Below the pieces are notes generated by a model. The model worked only from the letters and a program-made list of their open reading frames with translations. It ran no database searches and had not been told where the DNA came from. A program made the position numbers and the translations under genes. A DNA stretch of 64,000 bases from an uncultured Gammaproteobacteria bacterium (lineage in GTDB: Bacteria > Patescibacteriota > Patescibacteriia > Patescibacteriales > UBA12465): contig CAYYDR010000001.1 of assembly GCA_964470695.1 (NCBI GenBank), positions 401,997-465,996 on the forward strand. The letters are read 5' to 3'. Every line of letters starts with the position of its first letter. Position 1 is the first letter of the stretch. Of the stretch, positions 63,645 to 64,000 are shown piece after piece.

Positions 63645-63833
63645 ATGTTTAATAAAAGGGATTACCGATCTTATTTTAAGCAGCTCTATCAAGTTGAGCT
63701 AATGATGAAAAAAGAGGGCCGGGCATTATTAAAATTAGTTCCGGATAAAGATTCTAAAGAGCTTCTTAACATTTTAATTGCTGATGAAATTAAGCACGCT
63801 AAAATAGTTAAAGAAATGATGAATTTGATTTAA
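63645..63833 (+). CDS. Small hypothetical protein
   Basis: The ATG lies 1 nt after the upstream stop. '[14 protein letters not shown]' parallels the motif in the preceding ORF. Confidence 0.35.
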   Translation: MFNKRDYRSYFKQLYQVELMMKKEGRALLKLVPDKDSKELLNILIADEIKHAKIVKEMMNLI

Positions 63834-63843
63834 TTATAATTTT

Positions 63844-64000
63844 ATGAAAAAAATTAGAACGGCAGTTATTCCGGTCGGCGGTTGGGGAACACGCTTTTTG
63901 CCCATTACCAAGAGTATTCCTAAGGAGATGCTCCCCTTGGGTAATAAACCAATAATCCTACATGTTGTAGAGGAGGTTGTCGCCTCAGGAATTAAAAATA
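63844..64000 (+). CDS. galU: UTP--glucose-1-phosphate uridylyltransferase GalU; N-terminal part, runs off the window
   Basis: My translation is [44 protein letters not shown].., the canonical GalU N-terminus. Confidence 0.85.
   Translation, partial: MKKIRTAVIPVGGWGTRFLPITKSIPKEMLPLGNKPIILHVVEEVVASGIKN

Noticed and set aside
1-64000. Alternative genetic code (UGA reassignment, as in some CPR lineages).
   Set aside because: Long uninterrupted ORFs are obtained with the standard code. TGA is used as a genuine stop at well-defined gene ends, e.g. the flippase gene ending at 43143-45 within an ATGA overlap. The encoded RF1 says nothing against code 11.

Overview
This is an AT-rich bacterial chromosome segment using the standard genetic code (TGA serves as a stop, e.g. 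at 43143-43145). I can support about 65 protein genes, 2 tRNAs (Leu-CAA on the minus strand, Gln-CUG on the plus strand) and a type-A RNase P RNA. Gene content and style suggest an uncultivated Patescibacteria/CPR-like organism: tight operons, TGnTATAAT promoters, several near-leaderless starts, a giant T/S/A-rich surface protein, O-antigen-ligase-like and GT2/GT4 envelope genes, and a LAGLIDADG gene. That taxonomic call is inference only. The housekeeping backbone includes rlmH, hup, lexA, rnpB, mnmA, parAB, dnaE, rplY, prmC-prfA-rpmE, greA, lysS and galU, plus two envelope-glycan clusters at 16.6-26.3 kb and 41.7-46.9 kb. The most unusual content lies downstream of tRNA-Gln. (1) Two tandem ~210-bp GC-rich units are bracketed by fragments of the tRNA T-arm and 3' end, and their hairpins are conserved by compensatory changes. 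(2) An AT-rich island of ~5.9 kb is bounded by repeats of the tRNA 3' end and has no integrase. It carries four tandem mini-HTH paralogs, one below the ORF-track cutoff. It also carries a DUF4145-like protein and a four-gene operon encoding a methyltransferase, a PD-(D/E)xK nuclease, a DGQHR (DndB-like) protein and a HEPN-motif protein. (3) A ~40-bp palindrome-containing promoter/operator module recurs four times (55.36-61.83 kb) in front of successive accessory gene cassettes. Other items worth a second look:
- a double ATP-grasp / FemAB-like GNAT / SET-domain operon next to hup
- a triple AAGTCYA-N8-TAGACTT operator array
- a ~470-nt GC-enriched, hairpin-rich ORF-free leader in front of the surface-protein gene
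- a LAGLIDADG gene abutting tRNA-Leu
All functional calls come from reading motifs in the supplied translations. No database search was possible.
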